The notes under the pieces are model-generated. The model was not told where the DNA came from. It did not search any database and saw only the letters and a list, made by a program, of their open reading frames with translations. A stretch of 63,762 nt of DNA, filler included, from Reticulomyxa filosa (Eukaryota; Protista; Foraminifera): NCBI GenBank assembly GCA_000512085.1. It is 20 parts of 20 records of this genome, joined end to end, with 100 filler letters (N's around TTAATTAATTAA, not from the genome) between each part and the next. Parts side by side here need not be neighbours in the genome. Positions count along the whole stretch, not along the records: positions 12,539 to 14,204 come from ASPP01024803.1; positions 14,305 to 16,993 come from ASPP01036256.1; positions 17,094 to 18,689 come from ASPP01008406.1; positions 18,790 to 20,256 come from ASPP01026381.1; positions 20,357 to 21,383 come from ASPP01037961.1; positions 21,484 to 23,197 come from ASPP01013003.1; positions 23,298 to 27,777 come from ASPP01019770.1; 13 more parts are not named here. One strand, 5' to 3'. The translations under genes and the position numbers were made by a program. Shown piece by piece: positions 13,076 through 24,584 of this stretch. Within the stretch, counting starts at the first letter, position 1. Each line of letters opens with the position of its first letter.

Positions 13076-14486
13076 TCTAAAGTAAATCATTCTATAATGA
13101 AAAGGTGCATATTTACATTGTTTTGAGTAAAACATGTTATAACAACTTAAGATATGATAGAAACAATATATACCTTCAAATATAGCAAACAATCTCTATA
13201 ATCATTAGAGCAATTGAGTAATATATGTACTGGATGCCATTACTAAATTAGAAGCAATGTCAATAGATCAATTGTTTTTTTTCAAATCGTGCTGCCACCA
13301 ATAATTAAATGTCAAATATGGCCAATCTGATCCTGAAAATATTAACGATTTCATTTCGACAATTTTTTTCGCTGCTTCAAATCTATACATGTACACAAAA
13401 TAACATATCAATTGTAGATAATTTGAGAAAGAGAAAGTTAACTATTTGTTCTACTGGTAGCTTGTTATTCTTTTTTTAATTTTTATTTTCTTCATTATTA
13501 TTTTTATTTATAAAATATTTCTTTTTTTTTTCTAATTTTTTATTTTCTATTTTCTATTTCTTTTTCCTTTTTATTTTTTCTATTTCTTTCTTTTTTTCTA
13601 TTTTATTTCATTTTCCTTTTTTCTTTTTCATATCCACTTTTTCTCCCTTTTACTTTCTTATTTATTATCCTTTTTTTTTATTAATACATTTTTTTTCCTA
13701 TCATAATTATTAATTTTTTCATACTTTTCCCCAAAGCAATCAAACACACAAAACAACTTTTTTTTGCGACTTGATATCTATACAACATACACAAACAAAG
13801 TTATTTTATAATTTTTTTAAGAACAAAAATATATTTATAACTTGACCCTTGAACCATGATTTCCAATTTAAATTCCTTTTTCCTATAACAAACACTTCAT
13901 AATTTGTTTTTTAAGGGAAGGATAAACATAAAGACATGTACATATATATATATTTTTTTTTTTGAAGGGGGAATTCCTGCTTCCTATATCTTCACAAACA
14001 CAAATACATTATTTACTAACAGCATATACAAATATAAATATAAACATACACAAACCTTTCTGACTCCTTTCGGAGACGGGGTGGATTTCAACCCCAATTT
14101 CTTTTTCATTTTTTTTTGTGTGGAGATGATGATAACTGTACTGGAACAATCTTTGCCAAATGGGGGAACCTATAGTACAAAACATACACAGTTAAATATA
14201 TTCANNNNNNNNNNNNNNNNNNNNNNNNNNNNNNNNNNNNNNNNNNNNTTAATTAATTAANNNNNNNNNNNNNNNNNNNNNNNNNNNNNNNNNNNNNNNN
14301 NNNNTCCTCGATAAAAATACAAAAGAAATCAATAAAAAGCAAAAAAAAATTTACTTTGGAGGCAAGTTAATCGAATCTCTAATTTAATTTACACTACTTG
14401 CATTAAAAGAAAATTATTTTTGCGCTTAAAAGACAACAATAATTTTTGGTTATCCATCTTCATTATTTAAGCAGATCAAATAATCT

Positions 14487-15857
14487 CTACAGCTTAAACT
14501 GTTCAATAATAATAAGATGACACAACCCCAATTTGGATTGAAGTGGAACGAAGCCAGTTTTCAATTGTACTTTCAATCTCTATTTGTTTCTATTTGTGTC
14601 ATTTCATAAAAAAAGATATGAGCAAATTATATGTTATTTTTTTTTTTTTTGGAATATTTTTTGGGAATATTTTTTGAAAAATAACTCAACTTTTAGTTTT
14701 CTTATATGCTTTTTTTCTTCGAGTTCAAGTTTAATCTCTTCAAGCTGTCTTCTTTCTTCTTCTTCAAATATCCATTCGTTTTCCTTTTTTGTCCTTTCTT
14801 TCGTCCATTCACTTACTTTGATTTTCATATGCGCTAATACTGCACTGCCTTTGCTGTCCTTTCCTCCAATCAGATGTATGTGCATATTATCGTCATTCAA
14901 TGCTGCACTGCAATGATGCAAGGGCATGGGCAAAGTGGCTTCAAATTTTGTCCACTTGTCTTCCTTTATTACATATTTGTGTACCACGTCTGTAATATTA
15001 CCTTTGGAATTATCGTATCCACCAAAAAATAAGAGAACATCATCGACACATACATATACATATGCATAACAATTGATTGATTCAATCGTTGAATTGACAC
15101 GCAAGTTAGTATATTGAAATGTGTTGTTACGTTTGTCATATTCAATTGATAGTCCTGTTTTTCCAGAAAATAATAGCATTGCATCTTTATTTTGATTTGC
15201 ATTTGATCTTGCTCTTTCTGCTATATTTGCTGCTTTGGACACGAAACAATGAAATGACATATTATTGCCTATTGGTAAGGTACTATGATTCACGTATTGA
15301 AATGTATGCAAATTAAACACATCAATATTCTCTGGCAGATAAGTGAGGAATAATAAATGACTATTAATGCCACCAATCACTGCACGCAATCCTTTATAAT
15401 TGTCTTTCTTTCGTCCAATACAAATCGACTTATTGTATTTATCAGTCAAAGCAGTCCATTTATTAACATCCATCGTCTCTTTACTTTTGTCTTCATTCTC
15501 GCTGTTTTCAGGATTATCCCAAACACTCACATATTTCATTATTAATGTATGTTTAAACTGTCCGCCTAGGGATAACAATGTGATACCATTTGGATTGCTA
15601 TTATTTGTAAGTCTTAGCACACAATGCCCATCCAATTCAATATCCACTGGATACGAACATATGGCCTTGTACTGATCTTTGATGGTATGATAAGAATAAC
15701 AGGTCTTATTTTCCCAACCTCCACAGATCAGAATTTCGTGGTTATAAACTATACATTGACTACGAGAAAGTAAGACTGGTAAAGAGGCCAACGTTACAAA
15801 AGGAGTAGGAGTATCCATTATCTGTGTTTGCTCTGACTTGTTATCACTTGATTCCAT
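14487..15857 (-). CDS. Kelch-repeat beta-propeller family protein
   Basis: ATG at 15857 (MESSDN). Motifs EILICGG...CYSY, LLFFGG...VHKY...W, HLIGG. After an intron, a last exon IESTIENWLRSTSIQLG...KL-stop. Confidence 0.85.
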
Positions 15858-16145
15858 TTTAAAGTACTCAAACGTTGGTATTTGTGTTCTATTTTTAATT
15901 ATTATTTGCTTGAAAAGGACCAAATGTAAAAAAAAAAGGAGAATACTTTTTTGGACTGTGTCACTCTGTTGTCGTTAATTTTATTGTAGAGAATTCACTT
16001 TGATTTTTCAAAAATATAATCCTAATTTGTTTGTTTTTGAATTGAAGAAAAATTAAAGCGAGAAACATCTCATTTTTCCGACAAAACAAGTAACAAATAG
16101 TAACAATAAACTACAATTTGGAGCCATTAGTCTGTTGAATTTTTT

Positions 16146-16993
16146 TCACATTAGTTGCTGCACAGGTGCAACCGTGCATTGCTTAAAAATTGATGAGCAA
16201 GAAAAATGTGAAACATCTTTGTCTGTGTATTTATAGTAAAAAGAATTTATGTTTATCAAATAAACATAAACCAAACACTCACTAATGTTTTTACCTTTCG
16301 CAACAGCCAAACAAACCATGCAAAACGAATAGCCGCAGCCTTTACATTTTACAGACTTACATCCACTGATATGTTTCACAAACTATTTTAATTTGTTGCA
16401 AGGTTTTATTCGAATGAATTTGAAAAAAAATAATGATATATATGCTCACTCCCTTTAACAAAAAAAAAATACCATCAGACAACGCGGACAGGACCTAATT
16501 TCCGGGATTATTACGTTTTTACTGAAAACCTTGTCCAAAATAATTTGAATATCCAACACAGGACACTCTGAATTTCCACAAATTTGTAGTCCACTGCTTT
16601 TCCAAGAATTTTCACAAGCCCAACAAAAATCTACCTTGCATGAAGAACAAGCCGCCCTACACATACAACACAGCAATAATAATGCCAAGAAAATTTAAAC
16701 AAAAAAAATCTTTTTTTTTTTTTGTGTTGCACCTGAAAATGTTAAGAGATTCGCTTGGCTCTCCCAAAGATTTACAGTTGGGACACTTTTTGACTCCATT
16801 TCTTTTCATTAATCGGTCTGCTATTATCTGCTGGTACCTTAAATTCTCTGAGATACTCAAATCGGCTACTTTGGCAACCAGGCTCCAATCCCACTTTCTT
16901 GCACATTTGGGGTCAGGACAACAAATATCGGTCGTGGCCAAATCCTTGCTAAGTCTCCATTTGATGTATTCGTACATAGTTTGCGCTCCTATT
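16146..16993 (-). CDS. RBR-type (RING1-IBR-RING2) E3 ubiquitin ligase-like protein, 5'-partial, spliced
   Basis: CPDPKC (end of RING1); CPNC...CSSC...FCWAC (IBR); CPRC...H.SGCKSVKC..C...FCMVC (RING2); C-terminal CTVAPVQ. Confidence 0.85.
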
Positions 16994-17143
16994 NNNNNNN
17001 NNNNNNNNNNNNNNNNNNNNNNNNNNNNNNNNNNNNNTTAATTAATTAANNNNNNNNNNNNNNNNNNNNNNNNNNNNNNNNNNNNNNNNNNNNATTTATT
17101 TATTTATTTATTTATTATTATTATCATTATTATTGTTATGTGA

Positions 17144-18590
17144 TTGTGTAAGATTCGAACTGTTGGGCAATCAACAGTGGTCGCGTTGCGAGATGAGCGA
17201 AGAGATTATCCATTCTTTTTAATTCACAATCAAACAAACTTCCCTTTGAGCTATAAAGAAGTCGATGCTCGACGTTGGTACAAGGTTCCGCCTCGAACGG
17301 CACGGCCCTTTGCATTCGAAACCCACCTGCTTTCAAAGGAGGAGAGAAAGGTCGTTGTGAAGGTTGCAGACGTGCAATTCAGCAGAGCCATTGACTTGGA
17401 AAGAGCGTCCAGATATCCGAACCTTGTCCGAGTAAAAGAGGTATATACTAGCCAAGCTTTTCATCCGACTTTTCTTTTTTTTTTTTTTTGCCAGTGCTTC
17501 TCCATTTCAAATATGGCACATCAAACGGACACAATATATAAAAAAAAAGTATACCGTTCATTTGTATTGGCATCATCGTGGCGCGACAAAAGTACTTGTT
17601 GCAACAGTGAGACGCAATACCGAAGAGTCGTATGACAATGCCCAAACCAAGGTGGTGTTGACTGTCAATCGACTGGGTATCTCATTGATCAACCAAGTTC
17701 CTTTGGAATTGATCTACGCTTGGGCCGATCAAATTCACTTCCAGACCATTTGGTCACGAAACGAACAGCAGCTGGCATTGAACATGAACTCATTTCAAAT
17801 CGACAACCAAATGCCCAAAGCGCCATCGTCCATTTTGTTTTGCGGAACGCCTCACAACAAGCGTGGACACTACATGTTATTATCTTTTCTGTTTACTTCT
17901 TTCGTCCGCCATTCTGTATGACCTACTTTGATAGTCCACACTATAATATATATATATATGTATATAATGTATATGTACACATATATACTTATATACACAT
18001 ATATGACACTAGGCCATGGCTCGACTTGAAAGTACATATGTACACACAAGACACGTTTTCCAAGTACATCCAAAACTTCCAACTGTTGCCACAAGTATTT
18101 TATATTGCCGTAGACAGCGCTTCCATACAACAACTAGTCAACTTCTTTAGCGTTCTTGACGCTGGTGGGTCTGCTGTCTCAGAGTCTACTGTCCAATCAC
18201 AGTCAAGTTTTTTTTTTTTTCCTCTTCCTTTTTCTTATCACAGACGGCTTAAACAAATAAAATCAAAGACCAATCTATTTTGGAAAGCTATATCTGGGCC
18301 CATTGGATATGTACCTCTCCTATATCCAATTGGACTCTAATTTTTTAGGTGGAGTGAGTCCAATGACTCCGGAAAAGAAGAAAACGAATTCAGGTGGTCG
18401 CGTAATGACCGAAGAGGAAAAGGACGAATCGTCGTCCAACTCTGTGCAAAACTTTTTGTTCCGATTCGGAGTCATGGTCTTAAACATCCCCGAAGTCAGG
18501 ATTCCTGTCAGCGGGTTCTTATGTGAGGATCAAGTTTTCGATCGCTCCATGCTTACGGATGTGTTGACGACTCATTACAAAGGACAAGTT
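17144..18590 (+). CDS. VPS13: VPS13 family lipid-transfer protein, internal fragment (end of VAB/SHR-BD to C-terminal region)
   Basis: PFFLIHNQT...VPP....PFAFE; LGISLIN.VPLELIY...FQIDNQ; GVMVLNI...L...HYKGQ, all typical VPS13 C-terminal segments, separated by AT-rich introns. Confidence 0.85.
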
Positions 18591-18789
18591 AGTTTGGAGT
18601 CATGCATTGACGCTTTTTTTTTTTATCCAAAAAAAAATATATATATATATGTACATATATATATGTGTATATATGTGTTATCAACAAAANNNNNNNNNNN
18701 NNNNNNNNNNNNNNNNNNNNNNNNNNNNNNNNNTTAATTAATTAANNNNNNNNNNNNNNNNNNNNNNNNNNNNNNNNNNNNNNNNNNNN

Positions 18790-20256
18790 TTAGCGAGTCA
18801 AGACATTGCGTTTTGACCGCGTCGAATTCTTGCTCCGTCAATTTTGTTTGTGGCTGTGGCGATTGTGATGGTGGCGGATGTGCAAGTGGATCGTGGAGAG
18901 TCTCAATAGGATTGATATTTGAGGAATTGGAAGTGGACATGGAAGTGGAAGTCGAGTTGGAATGAGAATTGGAATTGGAATTAAAATTGGAGTTGGAGTT
19001 GATGTGGTTGTGATCATTGGAAGAAGACGCAGACAAATCAATATCTCTTCCTAATATTGTGCCGATTACAATACGCCATTTGGCACACCACTTCCTCACA
19101 TCGGGTGTGTTTTCCGACAGTTCTGGAGGGCCAGGGTCCAAAATCTCTTTATTTATTTAGTTATTTGTCAACGAATCATTATTGTTTATTAGCATAAGTG
19201 GTTATATCATGAAAACAAACAACTCTTTTTTTTTTGCTGCGCATAATCACATGCCTTTGTCATCAGGATACAACTCCGGTTCGGGCAAAGGGGGTTTTTG
19301 GGTATTCGTGCGAGAGCTTTCCACAAACTGCGCATTGTCATTTTGTGGGTTCAAATTGGCAATGTGTATTTTGATCGTTTCAATATTTCGCAAGCTCTGA
19401 GTCACCATCACATGTTGAACTTCCAAATAGGCATTTAATACTCTATGAAACATCTTCGATCGTTCGACTTCTATTCTCCATACCATTACATATATAAATA
19501 TAAATATAAATATATTAAATTATGTATATATATATATACATATATTTATATATATTTATTTATTTATTTATATATTTACATATATGTATGTATATACCTG
19601 TTCGTTCCAATTGCTCCAAAGTTTGAGCGGTGATGTTGTCATGCTTCAGCCGAAACTCACGGTGTGTTCGGACAGCAAACACATAGATATCTTTTGCCTC
19701 CTTCGCTTGGGCACGTAAGTAAATTACTTTATTTTGTAATGTTGCAATATTCATTTGTGTTGGTTGAATCTGTTCACACATTGTACATTAGCCTTATATG
19801 TACATAATACATATATATATATGTATATATATATGATATTTATACATACATATGTACGTATACAAATATTTCTTTTATGAGAGTGAAAGACTCTCTTCCA
19901 AAAAAAAAAAAATATATATATACATATATGAAAAGACACATGTAAAAAAAAACTTTGGCAACGATCTGCTTTTCAGTGTAATATTGTAATCGCTGAAGTT
20001 CTGCGTTTAATGATTCTTCCGCGGCAATCACCTGCCTTTTTTTCTCGTCGTAATTTTGTTGGGCTCTTGCCAACGCCTTCACTTCTTTTTGCGAATTTTT
20101 GTCCTCATTGTTTAAATCATTCAACAATTTGTTGTTCACTTTATCAAACCGTTTCATTTGGTCCGTCAATTTTTGTTGGCAGTTTGTTCGAACTTTGCTC
20201 GCAAGAATCTCTTCCTTTTTTCCAATTGTCTCTTCGGTCAAAATAATTAATTTGAT
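18790..20256 (-). CDS. F-BAR (FCH) domain protein, partial, spliced
   Basis: Helical exons ...AKEAKDIYVFAV...LEQLE | IEVERSKMF...LNAY...LNPQND..QFVESSRT..QKP.LPE.ELY match the C-terminal half of F-BAR domains. Confidence 0.65.
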
Positions 20257-21485
20257 NNNNNNNNNNNNNNNNNNNNNNNNNNNNNNNNNNNNNNNNNNNN
20301 TTAATTAATTAANNNNNNNNNNNNNNNNNNNNNNNNNNNNNNNNNNNNNNNNNNNNAAACAAGACAAATTTTTGATGAAATAGTATTAACTATGATATAT
20401 TTCTAATCAAAAAGCAAAACGATAACGATTATAACGACTTCGGTGCAACAATATAATTAAATAATCAATGCAATATTTTTGAATTTGCAATTTGGTTTTT
20501 TTAAATTGACGGCACAGTAATTGATGAGAATTGATTTCGAAGCAATAGAGCAAAAAAAAAAGAAGTATAGAAGGATTGAACGAAGCCAGTTATACACATC
20601 CACGCAAAATAGAGAAAGCTATTGTATATGGCTATCAAACACTAGCTGATAATAAACTAGGCTGTTAACAAATAGAAGAAGTGCATAGTTTGAAGAAGGA
20701 ACAACATTACTTTTTGTAACGATGTTAGTGTTTTTTTCTTATAAAAATGCAATGATATTATTCATTTTAATGAAAAAAGATTTGTTGGTTTGAGAAAAAT
20801 TTGCTTCACGGCTGATCAAACAATTTTGCAATAGAAGAATTATATTTGGATATATGTTTAAAAATAATAGTCTACTCCCTTTAAAACTATATCTGTACGA
20901 TGTAATATTCTGTAATTGTAGCTAAACAGTTACAAAAATGAGAAACGTTATTTTCCAAGAGAATGATTAAAGAAAAAAATTGTATAATTTTCATAGCATA
21001 TGAATGAACAGAAAAAAGAAGGTAGAAGTTTGAACAGTTTTTCTGATCAATCTGATAAATACACATGTAATCCCAGTTGGGATTGTTGATTTTTTTTGTA
21101 AAAATTCGATTGCTTCTCTTCATCGTCTTTCACGTATGAAGTTTGAAAAAAAGACGCTTATAGAGAATTTTTTTTGGTTATAATTACTTTCATCAATCCA
21201 ATTTTTGTTACAGAAAAATCTGCACAAGTAAAACAGTGATCTCACATCTTTTCTAGGTATTTTTTCCATTCTGTTTAGTTTTCCAACTTTGTTTTAACTT
21301 GGATTAACGAATTATCGCCCTTTTGTTCCGACTTAGAGTATATGTCTGTATTACAATCTTTACAGATAAGAGTTATTACGTGTNNNNNNNNNNNNNNNNN
21401 NNNNNNNNNNNNNNNNNNNNNNNNNNNTTAATTAATTAANNNNNNNNNNNNNNNNNNNNNNNNNNNNNNNNNNNNNNNNNNNNTG

Positions 21486-21809
21486 GCCGATGCCGACTAT
21501 CCGGCGTTCTGCCGCGTAATCTGGCATGGCCATGTGAAGGAAATGACCGACCTGGCCCCAGCCGACCGCGCCCACGTGATGGACTGGGTGTATCGCACCG
21601 AAGCCGCGCTGCGCACCCTGCTGAACCCGGACAAGATCAACCTGGCCAGTTTCGGCAATATGGTGCCGCACCTGCACTGGCACGTGATCCCGCGTTTTGC
21701 CGACGACAAGCACTTCCCGCAGCCGCTGTGGGGCCAGGCCCAACGTGACGGCGTAGCGCACGGCATGCCACAGTTGGCCGCCGCACTGCGCGCCGCACTG
21801 GCCGGCTGA
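21486..21809 (+). CDS. Bacterial HIT (histidine triad) family protein, 5'-partial
   Basis: DYPAFCRVIW..HV.EMTDL...KINLASFGNMVPHLHWHVIPR with the HxHxH triad; GC-rich bacterial codon usage. Confidence 0.95.
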   Translation, partial: ADADYPAFCRVIWHGHVKEMTDLAPADRAHVMDWVYRTEAALRTLLNPDKINLASFGNMVPHLHWHVIPRFADDKHFPQPLWGQAQRDGVAHGMPQLAAALRAALAG

Positions 21810-21943
21810 AGCCCGGCCGTGCTATGGTGGTCAACGTTTAATATTTCAAACAACGCTTGACCACCGTCAACGGCAGCCCGGCTGCCAGGACGCCTTGCGA
21901 AGCCGGCCACCGGCTGGCTTCGCAAGGTGCCCAAGCGTGTGCA

Positions 21944-21949
21944 AAGGAG
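21944..21949 (+). promoter_or_regulatory. Shine-Dalgarno site AAGGAG for the sulfurtransferase
   Basis: AAGGAG lies 6 nt upstream of ATG 21956. Confidence 0.8.
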
Positions 21950-21955
21950 AACCCC

Positions 21956-22795
21956 ATGTACCGTACCCTGATCAGCGCAGACGCCCTGCTGCAGCACGAC
22001 ACCGCCGACCTGGTGCTGCTGGACTGCCGCTTCCAGCTGGCCGACCCGTCCTACGGCCCCACCGTTTACGAAGCCGGCCACCTGCCCGGCGCTCACTACC
22101 TGCACCTGGACTATCACCTGTCTGGCGCCAAGAACGGCAATAACGGCCGCCATCCGCTGCCGGACGGCCAACGCCTGGCGGTGAACTTCGGCGCGCTGGG
22201 CATCGGCCCGAATACCCAAGTGGTGACCTACGACGACGCCGGCGGCATGTACGCGGCGCGCGCCTGGTGGCTGCTGCGCTGGCTGGGTCACGAGGCCGTG
22301 GCGGTGCTGGACGGCGGCTTTCAGGCCTGGCAGGCCGCTGGTGGTGCCGTCTCTACCGACGCACCGGGGAAAAACAGCACCCGCTTCGTAATGCGCCCGG
22401 CGCTGGAGCAGCTGTTTGACGCCGACATGGTGGCGGCCAACCTCGATAAAGCCGAACGCGTGCTGATCGACGCTCGCGCCCCCGACCGCTTTGCCGGCCA
22501 GAACGAAACGCTGGACCCGGTAGCCGGCCACATCCCCGGCGCGCGCAACCGTTTCTTCCAGCTCAATATGCAGGATGGCCGCTTCAAGCCGGCCGAGGTG
22601 CTGGCTGCGGAATGGCAAGCGGTACTGGGCGATACCGCCGCCAGCGACGTGGTGCTGTACTGCGGTAGCGGCGTCACCGCCTGCCACAACCGCCTGGCCA
22701 TGGCCCACGCCGGCCTGGACGGCGCCGCGCTGTACGCCGGTAGCTGGAGCGAATGGTGCAGCGACGATAGCCGCCCGGTAGCAACCGGCGCCTGA
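21956..22795 (+). CDS. sseA: Tandem-domain rhodanese / 3-mercaptopyruvate sulfurtransferase
   Basis: GHLPGA, GRHPLP, AARAWW, VLDGG, GHIPGA, active-site loop CGSGVTA and C-terminal LYAGSWSEW. True start is ATG 21956, not the TTG at 21857. Confidence 0.93.
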   Translation: MYRTLISADALLQHDTADLVLLDCRFQLADPSYGPTVYEAGHLPGAHYLHLDYHLSGAKNGNNGRHPLPDGQRLAVNFGALGIGPNTQVVTYDDAGGMYAARAWWLLRWLGHEAVAVLDGGFQAWQAAGGAVSTDAPGKNSTRFVMRPALEQLFDADMVAANLDKAERVLIDARAPDRFAGQNETLDPVAGHIPGARNRFFQLNMQDGRFKPAEVLAAEWQAVLGDTAASDVVLYCGSGVTACHNRLAMAHAGLDGAALYAGSWSEWCSDDSRPVATGA

Positions 22796-22814
22796 TCGCT
22801 ACCCGCATCAAAAC

Positions 22815-22848
22815 AAAAGGTTGGCCACATGCGGCCAACCTTTTTTTT
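22815..22848. terminator. Bidirectional intrinsic terminator between convergent genes
   Basis: AAAAGGTTGGCC-ACATGC-GGCCAACCTTTT followed by further Ts; an A-run on the 5' side serves the minus strand. Confidence 0.9.
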
Positions 22849-22864
22849 ACTTCTCATGCTAGAT

Positions 22865-23197
22865 TCAACCCAGCATCAGTTGCTGGATCAGCTTCTGCCC
22901 GGCCTTCCAGTCGCCCAGCCCGCTGTGGCTGCCCATATGGCCGGCGTTGCCGGCGTCCAGCAGCTTAACGCCCCACTGCGCGGCCATCGCCTCGCTCGTG
23001 GCGTAATCGCAGAACAGGTCGTCGCGGCTGGCCACCATGCGTGTGGGGACCGGAATGCGGATAGCACGCGGCGCAGCAAAGCCGTCGAACGCCGGTAGCG
23101 GCGCGTCGTCCGGCAGCTCGCCGTGGCACGCGCCCGTGCTTCGGTAATCGGCAACGCCGGTGGCGCCACCAGCAACAGGCCCTTGACCTTGCGTTGC
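22865..23197 (-). CDS. RBBP9/YdeN-family alpha/beta hydrolase, 5'-partial, one frameshift near 23123
   Basis: VKGLLLVAPP..., then in a shifted frame GF..P....PVPTRMVASRDD.FC......MA.QWG......AGH.....GLGDW..G, stop TGA at 22865-22867. The ORF track misses the correct C-terminal frame. Confidence 0.85.
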   Translation of the reverse strand, partial: ATQGQGPVAGGATGVADYRSTGACHGELPDDAPLPAFDGFAAPRAIRIPVPTRMVASRDDLFCDYATSEAMAAQWGVKLLDAGNAGHMGSHSGLGDWKAGQKLIQQLMLG

Positions 23198-23394
23198 NNN
23201 NNNNNNNNNNNNNNNNNNNNNNNNNNNNNNNNNNNNNNNNNTTAATTAATTAANNNNNNNNNNNNNNNNNNNNNNNNNNNNNNNNNNNNNNNNNNNNTTG
23301 TAAAATCATCAATAGTTGAAAACCTTGTACCTATTTGAAAATACGACATAATAACTGTCATTCATATGTAAAAAAAAAAAAAAAAAAAGTATTT

Positions 23395-24584
23395 ATTAAC
23401 ATATTTGATAATAATTTTATTAAAATCATCAATCCATCCTAATCGTATCTTTAAAATTCGAAGCCAATGATGAATAACAACTTTTATTTCATTTTTTGGC
23501 TGTTGATTGTTTGTTAATCAGTTTCACACAATAAAATGTATTTGTGTATATTTCCAAAAGTTTAAAAGAATATTACCAAATGTAAAGCGTCATTCGCTCT
23601 TATCTTCATGTGTGTTGATAATATTCTCATCTTATCATCAATTCCCCCAATAATATGTATATAAGTTTTGTCTTCATTCAATATCACAAAATGATTATAC
23701 AATGGGATAAGTAAAGCATGTTTAAATATAGTCCATGTTTTTTCTTTTATTGAATACTTATGTAGTGAATTTGAAACAGAATCTTTTTTGTAGTTTTTTC
23801 CACCAAAGAACAAGATGGTGTCATTGATACATACACACGCATATTCCTTGAGTGATGCAATATCCTTACAAACAGGTAGTTTATGAAATTGAAAAGTGTT
23901 GTTATCTTCATTGTATTCAATTGATAATCTTGCATTATCTTTAAACAACAGCATCTCATGATTTTTGTTTTTGTTTTTTTTCAATATTTCTCGTCCATTT
24001 TCCAATCTTGACACAAAGCAATGAAATCCAATATGACCGACTGGTAAAGTGCCATGTTTAATAAATTGAAATGTATTTAAATTAAATACACTAATATCTC
24101 TTTGATAATAAGTAACAAACAACAAATGATTGTTACTTCCACCAATTACTGCACGAGCTCCCCAATAATTATCTCCATCTCTTCCAATACGAATTATACG
24201 ATTATTATTATCTGTAAAAGGAACCCATTGATTACAATTGTTTAATTTTTTTGATTGATTCGCTTCATTATTGTCATTCCAAACACTTACATATCTCATC
24301 ACCAATGTATGTTTAGAATAATTTCCACCAAAAGACAGTAAAGTGATTTCATTGCTGTCTTTGTTGTTGTTATCTTCCAGTTTTACTACACAGTGTCCAC
24401 ATAAATTAACATTACTTGGATACAAACAGATAAGCTTGTACTTATTTTTAAGTGTATGATAAGAATAACAACACTTGTTCTGGCTACCTCCACAAATGAG
24501 GATTTCGTGTCTGTGTTGCACACATTGAGATTGGAAAAGTTGATTGGGCAAATCATTCAAATTTTGAAAGCCTTGATCAAACAT
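23395..24584 (-). CDS. Kelch-repeat beta-propeller family protein (paralogue of 14487-15857)
   Basis: ATG 24584 (MFDQGF). EILICGG...CYSYH, ILFFGG...LHKY...W, IHIIGG; next exon EIKVVIHHWLRILKIRLGWIDDF. 3' end uncertain. Confidence 0.88.

Noticed and set aside
21497-22708. 403-aa minus-strand ORF and other long antisense ORFs (3697-4194, 2813-3133, 12721-13085)
   Set aside because: Shadow frames of GC-rich or low-complexity real coding sequence on the opposite strand.
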